Source: an uncultured Clostridia bacterium (GTDB taxonomy: Bacteria > Bacillota > Clostridia > TANB77 > CAG-508). From it: 64,000 bases of DNA. Numbering within the stretch: position 1 is the first letter of the stretch; the number at the start of each line of letters is the position of its first letter. This document shows positions 40,332 through 50,275 of the stretch, piece by piece. The notes beneath the pieces were generated by a model. It had not been told where the DNA came from, searched no databases, and worked only from the letters and a program-made list of their open reading frames with translations. The DNA lies in contig CALXBW010000005.1 of the NCBI GenBank assembly GCA_944386645.1, forward strand, positions 8,639 to 72,638. The letters are read 5' to 3'. Made by a program: the position numbers and the translations under genes.

Positions 40332-40943
40332 ATGCATAAAATGATAGAATTAATGTATCCTTTTAATGGTTTAGAGCCATATTATAGTGAAGAAACATTA
40401 AGAATACATTACGAGAAATTATATAAAGGATATGTAGATAATTACAATAGAATTCAAACAAAATTAGAGAACGCGAGAAAAAATAATGAATATGATAATA
40501 TAAAATGTTTAGAAAAAGATTTGAGTTTTCAGGGCTCTGGTGTTATATTGCATGAATTATTTTTTAATAATATAAATATACCAATACCAAGTAGTCCAAG
40601 TGATGAATTAATGGAGAGAATAATAAAAGATTTTGGTAGTTTTGAAAATTTCAAAAAGCAATTTGCGGAAGCGGCAAAAGTAGTAGAAGCAAGTGGATGG
40701 TGTTTATTGGTTTGGGCAAATAATTTTAATAAATTAGAAGTATTGCAATGTGAAAAACATCAAAATTTAACATTATGGGGATGTATACAATTACTTGTAA
40801 TAGATATGTGGGAGCATTCATATTTTTTACAATATAAATCAAATAGGCAAGAATATATAAATGCATGGTGGAATATTGTAAATTGGAATATTGTAAATAA
40901 AAGATATGATACATTAAAAAAATGCAAAAAAATTGTATCTTAA
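40332..40943 (+). CDS. Fe/Mn superoxide dismutase
   Basis: Motifs LEPYYSEETLRIHYEKLY and DMWEHSYFLQY..WWNIVNW. The exact start is uncertain (40314, 40332 or 40341). Confidence 0.8.
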   Translation: MHKMIELMYPFNGLEPYYSEETLRIHYEKLYKGYVDNYNRIQTKLENARKNNEYDNIKCLEKDLSFQGSGVILHELFFNNINIPIPSSPSDELMERIIKDFGSFENFKKQFAEAAKVVEASGWCLLVWANNFNKLEVLQCEKHQNLTLWGCIQLLVIDMWEHSYFLQYKSNRQEYINAWWNIVNWNIVNKRYDTLKKCKKIVS

Positions 40944-40968
40944 TTTAAGATACAATTTTTTTGCATTT
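40921..40968 (+). terminator. palindromic terminator overlapping the SOD stop
   Basis: AATGCAAAAAAATTGTATCTTA / TAAGATACAATTTTTTTGCATT. Confidence 0.7.
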
Positions 40969-41184
40969 ATAAAGTTATATTGTTTTGGTGAGCAAAAATT
41001 AAGAAAAACAAACTATTCTTTCTTTGTTGGTAGTTTTCCAATTAAATATAAAATTATATAATTTACATATAATTTTATAAAGTAAAAATAGTTATTTAGA
41101 AAATTATAAAATTTAAATTGTTGTAAAAAAATATATATTTTGTTATAATATAAATTACTGAGAAATGAGATAATATATAGGGAG

Positions 41185-41502
41185 ATGATAAGCATGAGCG
41201 GAAAAATATATACAATAAATGAAATAAAACAGATTTTGAAAAGAATATTAGAAAATATGCCTGTATATAGAGTTGTATTATTTGGATCTTATGCAAAAAA
41301 TATAGCCACAGAAAATAGCGATTTGGACTTAGTAATAGATACTAAAGAGCAATTAATGGGTTTTAAATTGTATAGTTTAATTACAAAAATAGAAGAAGAA
41401 TTTAATAAAAATGTAGATGCTTTTGAAAAGTCAGAAATTATAGAAAATTCAAAAATAGATGAGGAAATAAAAAAGACAGGAGTTGTAGTTTATGAAAAAT
41501 AA
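41185..41502 (+). CDS. MNT-type nucleotidyltransferase (type VII TA antitoxin-like)
   Basis: 105 aa with the motif LFGSYAKN..ENSDLDLVI. It overlaps the downstream HepT gene by 11 nt. Confidence 0.75.
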   Translation: MISMSGKIYTINEIKQILKRILENMPVYRVVLFGSYAKNIATENSDLDLVIDTKEQLMGFKLYSLITKIEEEFNKNVDAFEKSEIIENSKIDEEIKKTGVVVYEK

Positions 41503-41842
41503 AGAATATATGTCTTTTACAAAAATGATAGAATATATTGATAAAGCCATTAAATATGTAAATGGATATAATTTTGAACAATTTTTCAAAGATGAAAAAA
41601 CAGTAGATGCTACAATATTTGCAATAAGTCAGATTGGAGAACTAGTAAAAAATATTTCAAAAGAAACAATGAATAAATATAATAATATAGAGTGGAATAT
41701 GATAAAAGGTTTAAGAAATAGAATTGTGCATGACTATGAAGGAATAAATTTAAAAAGTATATGGTATGTAGTAGAAAATGACCTTATGGAACTAAAAGAA
41801 AATATACAAAAGATTTTAAGTGAAGAAAAAGTAAATGATTGA
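41492..41842 (+). CDS. HepT-like (DUF86) HEPN-domain protein
   Basis: 116 aa with the Rx4HxY motif RNRIVHDY. Confidence 0.75.
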   Translation: MKNKEYMSFTKMIEYIDKAIKYVNGYNFEQFFKDEKTVDATIFAISQIGELVKNISKETMNKYNNIEWNMIKGLRNRIVHDYEGINLKSIWYVVENDLMELKENIQKILSEEKVND

Positions 41843-41927
41843 TATTAAAAAAGTAAGCATCCCATCATGAGGGATGTGTTTTTTTTCAAAAAAAAGTCTT
41901 ATACGAATATTACGTATAAGACTGTGA

Positions 41928-42004
<77 letters not shown>

Positions 42005-42229
42005 AAAACAACAATAAAATAATACCACAGGTATAATATTTTGTCAATAAAAAATGTAAAAAATGAATATAATTTCCAAAACTAACTATTAAATGAGAAC
42101 TATTGTTGAAATAAAAAATAATAATATTTTATAGTTTTAATGGGTATGATATATTTTAGTAGATAATATTTAAATTTGCCAACAAAATAAACAAATAAAT
42201 GTGTCTAAATAATAGAAAGGGTGATATAG

Positions 42230-43642
42230 ATGAAAAATAAAATAAGTATAATAGTTGGGATTGTTATAATTATAATAATTATAGGATTAGTAATTTATTC
42301 TACGAATAAAGATGATATAAAGCCAGAAGAACAAAAATATAGTAGTAGCAGTAGTGAATTTAAAAATAATATGGATGTTGTATTATCATTAGAGGATAAA
42401 ATAAATGAAAATTCAATTTGGTGTGGAACATTTAATTTAATATGGAATGATTTAAAAAATGATTTAACAAAACAAGATATTGTATTTAATCCACAACCGG
42501 ATATTGTAAATAATCTAAATAAAGGAACATTTACATCAAATAATTTATCAGAAAATAGTTATTATAAAACATATGGAATACCAAATATTGAATTAAAGGA
42601 AAAGATAGAAAAAGAGATTAAAGATAAATTTGATGAGATGAGTGATATATTAAATGATTTTGATTGGGAAAATGCAAGTTCAGAAAGTTATTTCTTATAT
42701 GCAATGTTAAAAAAAGAATTTGAGTTTCCTAAAGTATTTACAGAATTAGAAAATGGAGACTTTGGAAATTATACAAATGTAAAATATTTTGGTATTAATA
42801 ACACAACAGAAAATGAAGTAAGGCAGCAAGTGGAAGTACTATATTATAATAATCCTGAAGATTTTGCAGTAAGATTATTAACAAAAGAAGCTGATGAAGT
42901 AATTATTACAAAAGGAGCTAATGGAGAGACTTTTGGAGAAATATATGAATTGCTAAAACAAAGGGATGAACAATATGATGGAAATAAAAGTTTTAGTGAA
43001 AATGATACATTAAAAATACCTAATATTAAAATTAAAGAAAAAGAAGAATTGAATGAATTAGAAAATAAAAACTTTCAATTTTCAAATGGAGACGAATACT
43101 ATATAGAAAAAGCACTTCAAACAATAGAATTTGAAATAGACAAAAAAGGAGGAAAAATAAAAAGTGAAGCAGGAATGATGTTAAATAAAGCAGCTATAAT
43201 AGCAGACGAACCTAGAGAGTTTTTAGTAGATGATACTTTTACAATATTTTTGAAGGAAAAAGATAAAGAGTTACCATATTTTGCAGCAAGAATATCAGAT
43301 ATTTCAAAGGTACAAGAAGATGTTAAAGAAAAAACAGAGCAAGTACAATATACAAAAATAACAGATGCAAATTTGCAATCTGACCTAGCTTCAACAGATA
43401 TTCTAGTAAAATATAATGGAATCCTATATGGAAAATCTTATGGTATTATAGATTATGCAGGAGATCCTAATGAATATATAGGAAAAATCGATAAATTAAT
43501 AGATAAAGAATATGTACCAGAATTAGATGGTGAAACAAATACAGAAGAAATTTTAAATGCTTTAGTAAGTGAAGCAAATGAAGAAATAATGGTTCTTTAT
43601 TACAATGGAGAATTTGTTATGTTTGATAAAATAGATAGATAA
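42230..43642 (+). CDS. hypothetical membrane-anchored protein (weak serpin-like signature)
   Basis: 470 aa with an N-terminal TM segment. The stretch REFLVDDTFTIFLKEKDKELPYFAARISD resembles the serpin C-terminal signature. This is not verified. Confidence 0.35.
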   Translation: MKNKISIIVGIVIIIIIIGLVIYSTNKDDIKPEEQKYSSSSSEFKNNMDVVLSLEDKINENSIWCGTFNLIWNDLKNDLTKQDIVFNPQPDIVNNLNKGTFTSNNLSENSYYKTYGIPNIELKEKIEKEIKDKFDEMSDILNDFDWENASSESYFLYAMLKKEFEFPKVFTELENGDFGNYTNVKYFGINNTTENEVRQQVEVLYYNNPEDFAVRLLTKEADEVIITKGANGETFGEIYELLKQRDEQYDGNKSFSENDTLKIPNIKIKEKEELNELENKNFQFSNGDEYYIEKALQTIEFEIDKKGGKIKSEAGMMLNKAAIIADEPREFLVDDTFTIFLKEKDKELPYFAARISDISKVQEDVKEKTEQVQYTKITDANLQSDLASTDILVKYNGILYGKSYGIIDYAGDPNEYIGKIDKLIDKEYVPELDGETNTEEILNALVSEANEEIMVLYYNGEFVMFDKIDR

Positions 43643-43683
43643 TAAATGAACAAAGTAGTTATGAAAAAATGAAATTTAATAAG

Positions 43684-43724
43684 AAAAGAGGATATAATCA
43701 AAGATTTGATTATATCCTCTTTTC
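43684..43724. terminator. bidirectional hairpin terminator
   Basis: AAAAGAGGATATAATCA-n5-TGATTATATCCTCTTTT between convergent genes. Confidence 0.7.
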
Positions 43725-44393
43725 TTATAGTTCATTATCTAATACTACAATCATTCTAACATCACTTAAATAAATAAGATTATCTTCTTCTAAAGTATCA
43801 CCATAATTATATATAGCTACATTTTGTCCAACTTTTAATTGATTAAAAGCTATATCTGTTCCATGAAATTTTATTTTAAAATTATCTGGTATATTATCTA
43901 GTGGTACATCAAAATAGAATTCGTCTCTATGATTTATGTCATTTATTTCTAAGCCCTTAACTTTTACTGTTTTTGTACCATAAAGTACCGAATCTGATAT
44001 TTCTTCTATAGTAGCATAAAATGTATCAGGATACATTCCTTCTGCAATCATGTTATATAAATCAGTTGCAGCACCTATATATGCATTCTTCATATAGAAA
44101 TAGTAGTAAGTCATTGTTCCTAAAGCAATTAACAATATAAGAACTAAAGCAATTTTAAAAATTTTTAATTTATTTTTATATTTTTTAAAGTATTTTACAA
44201 CTTTTTTATCATTAGTTGTAGTATTGAGATTTAAATTTTTTTTCATGTTTTCAAATATTTGTTTGCAATAGGGACATTCGCTTAAATGCTTTTCAATAAA
44301 TTGATTAGTTTCTTCACAAGTTAAATTTTCAATGTAATTTGGTAGTAAGTCTTTAACAATATTACAATTTTCCTTTACATTCATATTAATCAA
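43725..44393 (-). CDS. anti-sigma factor (zf-HC2 type), membrane-spanning
   Basis: It carries the N-terminal zinc motif H-x3-C-x2-C (KHLSECPYCKQ) and one TM segment. It overlaps the upstream ECF sigma gene by 8 nt. Confidence 0.7.
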   Translation of the reverse strand: MINMNVKENCNIVKDLLPNYIENLTCEETNQFIEKHLSECPYCKQIFENMKKNLNLNTTTNDKKVVKYFKKYKNKLKIFKIALVLILLIALGTMTYYYFYMKNAYIGAATDLYNMIAEGMYPDTFYATIEEISDSVLYGTKTVKVKGLEINDINHRDEFYFDVPLDNIPDNFKIKFHGTDIAFNQLKVGQNVAIYNYGDTLEEDNLIYLSDVRMIVVLDNEL

Positions 44394-44865
44394 CCTCCTT
44401 TAATTTATTTTTGCCTCGATAAAAAGTTACTCTGGCCCAGTTTTCTGTTTTATCTAAAATAATTCCTATCTCTTTAAAACTTAATTCTCCTGTAATTCTT
44501 AAATACATTACTTCTCTAGTTTTTTCATCTAAACTTTGCATTTTTTTATATAATAAGATTTTTTCATCATTAGAAATAATCTGTTCATCTAATGTATCTA
44601 TCATATGTTTATTAATTAAGTCATTTTCGTCAATATTTATAATATTTTTATTTTTTCTACAATGGTCATACCATAAATTTTTAGCAATTTGACATAGCCA
44701 TACAGAAATTTTACATTCACCTTTATATGTATCTATTTTTTTTACTGCTTTATAAAAAGTTTCTTGTGTAAGTTCTTCAGAGATATCACTATTATGAGTT
44801 AAACAGAATAAATATTTGTTTACTGTTTCAAAATATTCTTCATAAATTTTTTCGATATCCTGCAT
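44386..44865 (-). CDS. ECF-type RNA polymerase sigma-70 family factor
   Basis: The start is placed at MQDIEKIYEEYF (44865, AAGGAGG RBS). The longer ORF runs into the tRNA. Region 2 (ELTQETFYKA) and region 4 (LSFKEIGIILDKTENWARV) are present. Confidence 0.8.
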   Translation of the reverse strand: MQDIEKIYEEYFETVNKYLFCLTHNSDISEELTQETFYKAVKKIDTYKGECKISVWLCQIAKNLWYDHCRKNKNIINIDENDLINKHMIDTLDEQIISNDEKILLYKKMQSLDEKTREVMYLRITGELSFKEIGIILDKTENWARVTFYRGKNKLKEVD

Positions 44866-44953
44866 AACTTTTATCCTCCTTTGAATATATGACGTATGAA
44901 AAGTAAATTCGTTACAAAAATAAAAAAAGCCTCTCATACTGAGAGAGACTTTT

Positions 44954-45030
44954 TGGTGCGTCTGGAGGGACTCGAACCCCCAGTCTCGGACTTCGTAGGC
45001 CCGCATTTTATCCAGATAAACTACAGACGC
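44954..45030 (-). tRNA. tRNA-Arg (anticodon ACG)
   Basis: Reverse-complement cloverleaf with acceptor GCGTCTG/CAGACGC, anticodon loop CTACGAA and encoded CCA. Confidence 0.88.
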
Positions 45031-45217
45031 AAAATTATGTTAGCGTACGCTATATGTACGTATATTATTATAATTATAAAAGTAGTAGATGTCAATATGT
45101 AAATAGTCAGATAAAATTATATTATTGTAACAATACATATAATAAATGTAATAATATAAAAATGAAAAATAAACTTGAATAAAATATATAACTAATGTAA
45201 TATAAATATATATTTAA

Positions 45218-45706
45218 ATGAATAGGAGAAATAAATTGAAAAAAGTAATGTTTATTGCAAGTACAGGAGGACATTTAGATGAGTTATTGCAGTTAAAAGA
45301 GATGTTTAATAAATATGATTATCATATAGTAACAGAAAAAGACAAAACAACAGAAAAATTAAAAGATAAATATAAAGAAAGAATATCATATTTAAAATAT
45401 GGCACAAGAAGTGAGAAGATAAAATACTTATTTAAATTTATATATAATTGTGTTTTTTCATTTTGCTTATATATAAAATATAGACCAAAATATATTATAA
45501 CAACAGGCACACATACAGCAGTTCCAATGTGTTATATAGGAAAAATATTTAGAAGTAAAATTATATATATAGAAACATTTGCAAATATAAATGAAAAAAC
45601 ATTAGCAGGAAAAATGATATATCCAATAGCAGATTTGTTTATAGTTCAGTGGGAAGAAATGCTAAAATTATATCCTAAAGCTATACTGGGAGGTTCAATA
45701 TATTAA
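45218..45706 (+). CDS. PssD/Cps14F-type (Alg14-like) glycosyltransferase membrane subunit
   Basis: 162 aa with FIASTGGHLDELLQL. TTG 45236 is an alternative start. Confidence 0.7.
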   Translation: MNRRNKLKKVMFIASTGGHLDELLQLKEMFNKYDYHIVTEKDKTTEKLKDKYKERISYLKYGTRSEKIKYLFKFIYNCVFSFCLYIKYRPKYIITTGTHTAVPMCYIGKIFRSKIIYIETFANINEKTLAGKMIYPIADLFIVQWEEMLKLYPKAILGGSIY

Positions 45707-46186
45707 ATGATATTAGTATTATTAGGAACACAAAAAAATGAATTTAATAGATTATTAGAAGCAATTGAAAAAAATATAGTAGAAGGAAATATAAAAGAAA
45801 AAGTAATAGTACAAGCCGGATGTACAAAGTATTCTACGGATTTAATGGAAATATTTGATTTAATTCCAAAAGAGGATATAGAAGAATTAAAAAAGAAAGC
45901 AAGAATCATAATAACTCATGGAGGAGTGGGTTCTATATTAAGCTGTGTAAAATTAGGAAAGAAAGTAATTGCAGTTCCAAGGTTGGCAAAATATAATGAA
46001 CATGTAAATGATCATCAGAAACAATTGGTAGAAAAATTTGATAAAGAAGGTTATATAATAGGAGTAGAAGATTTAGAGAAATTACCAGAAGCATTGAAAA
46101 GAATAGAAGACTTTGAGCCAAGAAAATATATTAGTAATACAAATAATTTTATTAATCTAATAGAGAATTATATTGACAATAATTAG
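45707..46186 (+). CDS. PssE/Cps14G-type (Alg13-like, GT28 C-terminal domain) glycosyltransferase catalytic subunit
   Basis: 159 aa with the motif ITHGGVGSI. It directly abuts the Alg14-like gene. Confidence 0.7.
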   Translation: MILVLLGTQKNEFNRLLEAIEKNIVEGNIKEKVIVQAGCTKYSTDLMEIFDLIPKEDIEELKKKARIIITHGGVGSILSCVKLGKKVIAVPRLAKYNEHVNDHQKQLVEKFDKEGYIIGVEDLEKLPEALKRIEDFEPRKYISNTNNFINLIENYIDNN

Positions 46187-46200
46187 AAAAATAATCTAAT

Positions 46201-46390
46201 AGTTGCATAACAATTTAAACTACCAAAAATAAATATATTATTTTATCAGTCTCACATGCTTCGTAAGTATGAGCATACGATGTACAACTACCTCGACTGT
46301 CAAAAATAATATATTTATTTTTTTGCTAAATTTAGATGTAAATAAAAACTATTCACCATTCACTATTCATTATTAACTGCGAATGCAGGG
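46201..46390 (+). repeat. direct repeat family R2, copy A
   Basis: Near-identical to 47204-47388 apart from a few substitutions and a 6-7-bp indel. Internal palindrome: AAAAATAAATATATTATTTT..AAAATAATATATTTATTTTT. Confidence 0.85.
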
Positions 46391-46524
46391 GTTACAATAT
46401 TTAATCGGTTGGACAAGTTTAATATAAAAAAAGGTATTAGAGAGGTTAAATAATAGAGATATTATTTAAATTTTCCATAGTAAAATATTATTTGATGTGA
46501 TATACTAAATAATAGGAGGTATAG

Positions 46525-46920
46525 ATGAATTCACAAGATTTAATAAAATTTTGGTTGAAAAGTTCAGATAGAGATTATGAATCAATGATAAAAAATTATG
46601 AAGTTAATCAGTATACATGGGCATTATTTATTGGGCATCTTGTCTTAGAAAAACTATTAAAAGGCATATATGCAAAAGTAAATAAAGATAATCCATATCC
46701 ACCAAAAATTCATAATTTAAATATTATAGCAGAAAAATGCGGATTAAAATTAAGTGAAAAACAAACAAAGATATTATTTACATGTAATTCATTTAATATA
46801 AGTGCAAGATATGAGGATTATAAAAATGAATTTTATAAAAAATGTACAAAGGAATATACTAAAGAACAGATTAACAATATTAAGGAGATGAGAGAATGGT
46901 TGAAAAAACAGTTGATATAA
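46525..46920 (+). CDS. HEPN-domain protein
   Basis: 131 aa with a HEPN-like helix pattern (..IGHLVLEKLLKGIYA..KIHNL..). Paired with the overlapping nucleotidyltransferase gene. Confidence 0.65.
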   Translation: MNSQDLIKFWLKSSDRDYESMIKNYEVNQYTWALFIGHLVLEKLLKGIYAKVNKDNPYPPKIHNLNIIAEKCGLKLSEKQTKILFTCNSFNISARYEDYKNEFYKKCTKEYTKEQINNIKEMREWLKKQLI

Positions 46921-47213
46921 ATATAATAAAAATAGTTGAACAATACATTGATATAATATCGGAAAAGTTTAATGTTAAAGAAGTATATATATTTGGTTCA
47001 TGTGCTAAAGGAACAAATAACGAAGATAGTGATATAGATATTGCTGTTATATTAGATAGTAATATTGATACAATTGATTTGATGATTGAATTAATGATTT
47101 TAACTCAAAATATAGATTTAAGAATAGAGCCACATCCAATAAAAATACAAGATTTTGAAAAAGGAAATCCATTTGTGGACGAAATTAAAAATACCGGATT
47201 GCGAGTTGCATAA
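46896..47213 (+). CDS. nucleotidyltransferase-domain protein (MNT-like)
   Basis: 105 aa with the motif IFGSCAKGTNNEDSDIDIAV. Confidence 0.75.
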   Translation: MVEKTVDINIIKIVEQYIDIISEKFNVKEVYIFGSCAKGTNNEDSDIDIAVILDSNIDTIDLMIELMILTQNIDLRIEPHPIKIQDFEKGNPFVDEIKNTGLRVA

Positions 47214-47388
47214 TATTTTAAATTACCAAAAATAAATATATTATTTTATCAGTCTCACATGCTTCGTAAGTATGAGCATACGATGTACAACTACTTCGAC
47301 TGTCAAAAATAATATATTTATTTTTTTGCTAAATTTAGATGTAAACAAAAACTATTCACCATTCACTATTTACTGCGAATGTAGAGGG
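47204..47388 (+). repeat. direct repeat family R2, copy B
   Basis: See copy A. It starts within the last codons of the MNT gene (AGTTGCATAA). Confidence 0.85.
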
Positions 47389-47527
47389 GCGAACACGTTC
47401 GCCTGAACTAACAAAACAATCTTTCAAAAAACATAAAAATAATGTCAAATAGAAATACATTATAATCACTTCTTACGTAAAGTAAGCATAATATATAACA
47501 TAATAAAAAGTAGGAAGGTGAGAAAAA

Positions 47528-47881
47528 ATGTCAAATTACATAATAGAGGGTGGGAGAAAATTAGAAGGAGAAGTAAAAGTATCAGGTTCAAAAAATGCAT
47601 CATTGCCAATAATAGCGGCATGTATCTTAAATGGTAAAAAAAACACATTATACAATGTACCGAATATAGTAGATACAAATAAAACATTAGAAATACTAAA
47701 AATACTTGGATGTAATATTAAAAAAAATAATAATAAAGTAATAATAGATTCATCAAATATAAAGACACATGAAATACCAGATAAATTAATGAGAGAATTG
47801 CGTTCATCTGTAATATTAGCAGGAGCACTAATTGCAAGATTTAAAAATGCAGTATTTTCATATCCAGGGGATTGCGATATT
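47528..47881 (+). pseudogene. murA: UDP-N-acetylglucosamine 1-carboxyvinyltransferase, 5' segment (dcw-cluster murA split by island 2)
   Basis: MSNYIIEGGRKLEGEVKVSGSKNASLPI....SYPGDCDI, followed by 9 unrelated codons to the stop at 47911. Confidence 0.85.
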
Positions 47882-47979
47882 TGGTGGATACATCGGGCAA
47901 GCATAAGATAAATGAGTGGATTAGGGAGTTTGACAAAAATAAAGAAATTAGTTAAACTCTAAACTGTTGGAGGAACAAA

Positions 47980-49044
47980 ATGAATAAAATTGATAGAAAA
48001 ATAGTATTAACACCAGAAGAGTGCTCATTTGTGCAAATTTACTATGATTGTAAAACTATAAAGAGTTTATTTTATGCTATTAAAGAGAATTATATTGCAG
48101 GAATAGCACTAATAATATATATGTCATTATTTTGTTGGGAAGCGTTGGACTTCTTAAAAAAGATAGGCATTGACTTTAATGTTAAAGAAAATGATACATT
48201 TACATTAACAGATGTTAGATTAAAATTAAAAATCTTTGAGAATAAATATTCAAAAGCAAAGAATATGATATTAAATTGTGATTACTTACAAGATTATATA
48301 TTTAAGAATAAACTGAAATTTGACTTTATGAAAGCTTGGAATATACATTATAATTTAGGAATTATGTTTAATGATAAAAAAGAAATCGTTGGAAACTCAC
48401 AATATGGATATTATATTTTTCAAGACAATGGATTGTTAAAAAGAAAGATAGAATATATAAAAAGTCTAATTGATACTAGTAATATAATATATGAGTATGC
48501 TCCAGAAGATTATTTGGAATATGGGAAGTATATTGGAGAAATCATAGGGAGTTTTTTGAATTACTTCGAAGAGTTAAATGTTCCAAATATAAATATTCAA
48601 ACAAATAATATAAATACAGATATGTTTTATAAGAATTTTAATTCTTATAAACTATATAAAAGTGAAGATGATAAAATAATGTCACTGTATTTATTGCATA
48701 TATTGACATTTATAAATTCTACTATAAGATTACTAGGGGAATGTGAAAAAGATGATACTGGATGGTGGTTAAGAATATACTATATTTCTTATTATTATGC
48801 AATAGAAAGATTAGAAGATATAAAAAATCATATAGAAAACAATGAAATTGACAATTTAAATTTCAAAAAATTATTAACACAAATAAATTTAAATAAGAGA
48901 TTCATGAATACTGAGTTTAGAAATTGTATGATGCATTATGGATTAATAAACAAAGAGAATAAATCTTTAATAGAAGAACAAAAATTTAATCTAAATATTC
49001 CAATGATGGGATTAGTTGAAAGTTGTTTTAAAATAAATATTTAA
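47980..49044 (+). CDS. hypothetical protein with a C-terminal HEPN-like Rx4H motif
   Basis: 354 aa with a GGAGG RBS. The motif FRNCMMHYG lies near the C-terminus in a helical context. No other motif recognised. Confidence 0.5.
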   Translation: MNKIDRKIVLTPEECSFVQIYYDCKTIKSLFYAIKENYIAGIALIIYMSLFCWEALDFLKKIGIDFNVKENDTFTLTDVRLKLKIFENKYSKAKNMILNCDYLQDYIFKNKLKFDFMKAWNIHYNLGIMFNDKKEIVGNSQYGYYIFQDNGLLKRKIEYIKSLIDTSNIIYEYAPEDYLEYGKYIGEIIGSFLNYFEELNVPNINIQTNNINTDMFYKNFNSYKLYKSEDDKIMSLYLLHILTFINSTIRLLGECEKDDTGWWLRIYYISYYYAIERLEDIKNHIENNEIDNLNFKKLLTQINLNKRFMNTEFRNCMMHYGLINKENKSLIEEQKFNLNIPMMGLVESCFKINI

Positions 49045-49120
49045 ATGTATGAAAAATACCACTTTAAAAAATTTTCGAATATGTTGTGTATGATTGTTAA
49101 TAAGTGTATTAACTATAAAA

Positions 49121-50275
49121 TCATTTACATGTAGTTCCACCTATAATTTCTCCAGTGGTCATATCAATATAATAATATTTATCTTGGTTTTCTTTAATAT
49201 ATTGATTATAGTTTTCGTAAGTATTTTCATTATTTCTGTTGCTATGTTGAATTAATACTTTCCAGACATTTCTTTGTATATTTTCTGTATCCAAGTATAT
49301 TCCATTTAAATTAGGATCTGTATTATAAATTTCATTTTCAAGTTGATAAATAAAAGTATTTAATTTTTCTATAGAAGGTTCTGCACTAGCATTTGTAATT
49401 TCTACGTCTGTAAATTCTTTTTCTTTATCTATTGCAATTTCAATTGCTTCTTGTTTTGTGATTATTGCCGGATTTGTTATTTTCTCATTATTTGTATTAA
49501 TATTTATTGTATCATATATAATAGATTGATTAACAATCATAAAGGATATGGATACACTTTCATATTTATTTAAAATACCATCATAATTTTTATAATATTG
49601 TACTCCCCATATTTTTTTTTGGTTATTATTAAAAGATGAAATTTCTTCTTTTATATTATATATTTCATAATTTTCTTCTAATCCTAATTTTTTAAATATT
49701 GAATTTGCTATATCAGTAGCTTCTTTTTGCGAAATAGTATCAGGTGTAATATTTTTATATTTAAGATCTAAATTATTAAAATATGTTACTTTTCCATCAT
49801 TTGAATTAATTAAAACCATTAGACCTTTTTCGTAATTATATTCTGTCTTAGCCATATAGTAACTGCTTTTTTCATCTTCATAGTTTCGTTTTAATTCAAT
49901 TCGTTCAATTGAATCTATATTATATCCCAGATTATTTAAGAAATTAATTGCTATTTCTTTGGCTTCATTTTCGGTAATTAAATTTTCTTTTTCTTCTTCA
50001 GAAATGTTGTTAGAAGGTAAAGAATTAATCATTTCTTGATAAGTATAGTATTTAGTGGGTTCTTTCCAAATTTTTTCATATGTGATATACCCAGCAAATA
50101 CTATACTGGATATAAAAGTAATTCCTATGAAAGTTGTTGCCAATATTTTTGCAGGACTGTGCTTAGCAATGTATTTTTTTGATTTAAAAGCGGTTTTAAT
50201 GGCATTATGGTATTCAATAGGAGTATTTATTTTTTTATTTATGATTTTTGATATTGTTTGTTCAAAATTATCCAT
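49121..50275 (-). CDS. putative anti-sigma factor with an extracytoplasmic PepSY-like repeat region
   Basis: 384 aa with one TM segment (ILATTFIGITFISSIVFAGYI). It has three E-A-x-x-I-A-type repeats (NEAKEIAINFL, QKEATDIANSIF, KQEAIEIAIDKE). It overlaps the sigma gene by 8 nt. Confidence 0.5.
   Translation of the reverse strand: MDNFEQTISKIINKKINTPIEYHNAIKTAFKSKKYIAKHSPAKILATTFIGITFISSIVFAGYITYEKIWKEPTKYYTYQEMINSLPSNNISEEEKENLITENEAKEIAINFLNNLGYNIDSIERIELKRNYEDEKSSYYMAKTEYNYEKGLMVLINSNDGKVTYFNNLDLKYKNITPDTISQKEATDIANSIFKKLGLEENYEIYNIKEEISSFNNNQKKIWGVQYYKNYDGILNKYESVSISFMIVNQSIIYDTININTNNEKITNPAIITKQEAIEIAIDKEKEFTDVEITNASAEPSIEKLNTFIYQLENEIYNTDPNLNGIYLDTENIQRNVWKVLIQHSNRNNENTYENYNQYIKENQDKYYYIDMTTGEIIGGTTCK

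Noticed and set aside
46201-47388. Integron-like gene cassette with R2 acting as attC.
   Set aside because: No RYYYAAC/GTTRRRY core sites sit at the repeat ends. No integron integrase or Pc-type arrangement is nearby. The repeats are near-identical direct copies rather than divergent attC hairpins.
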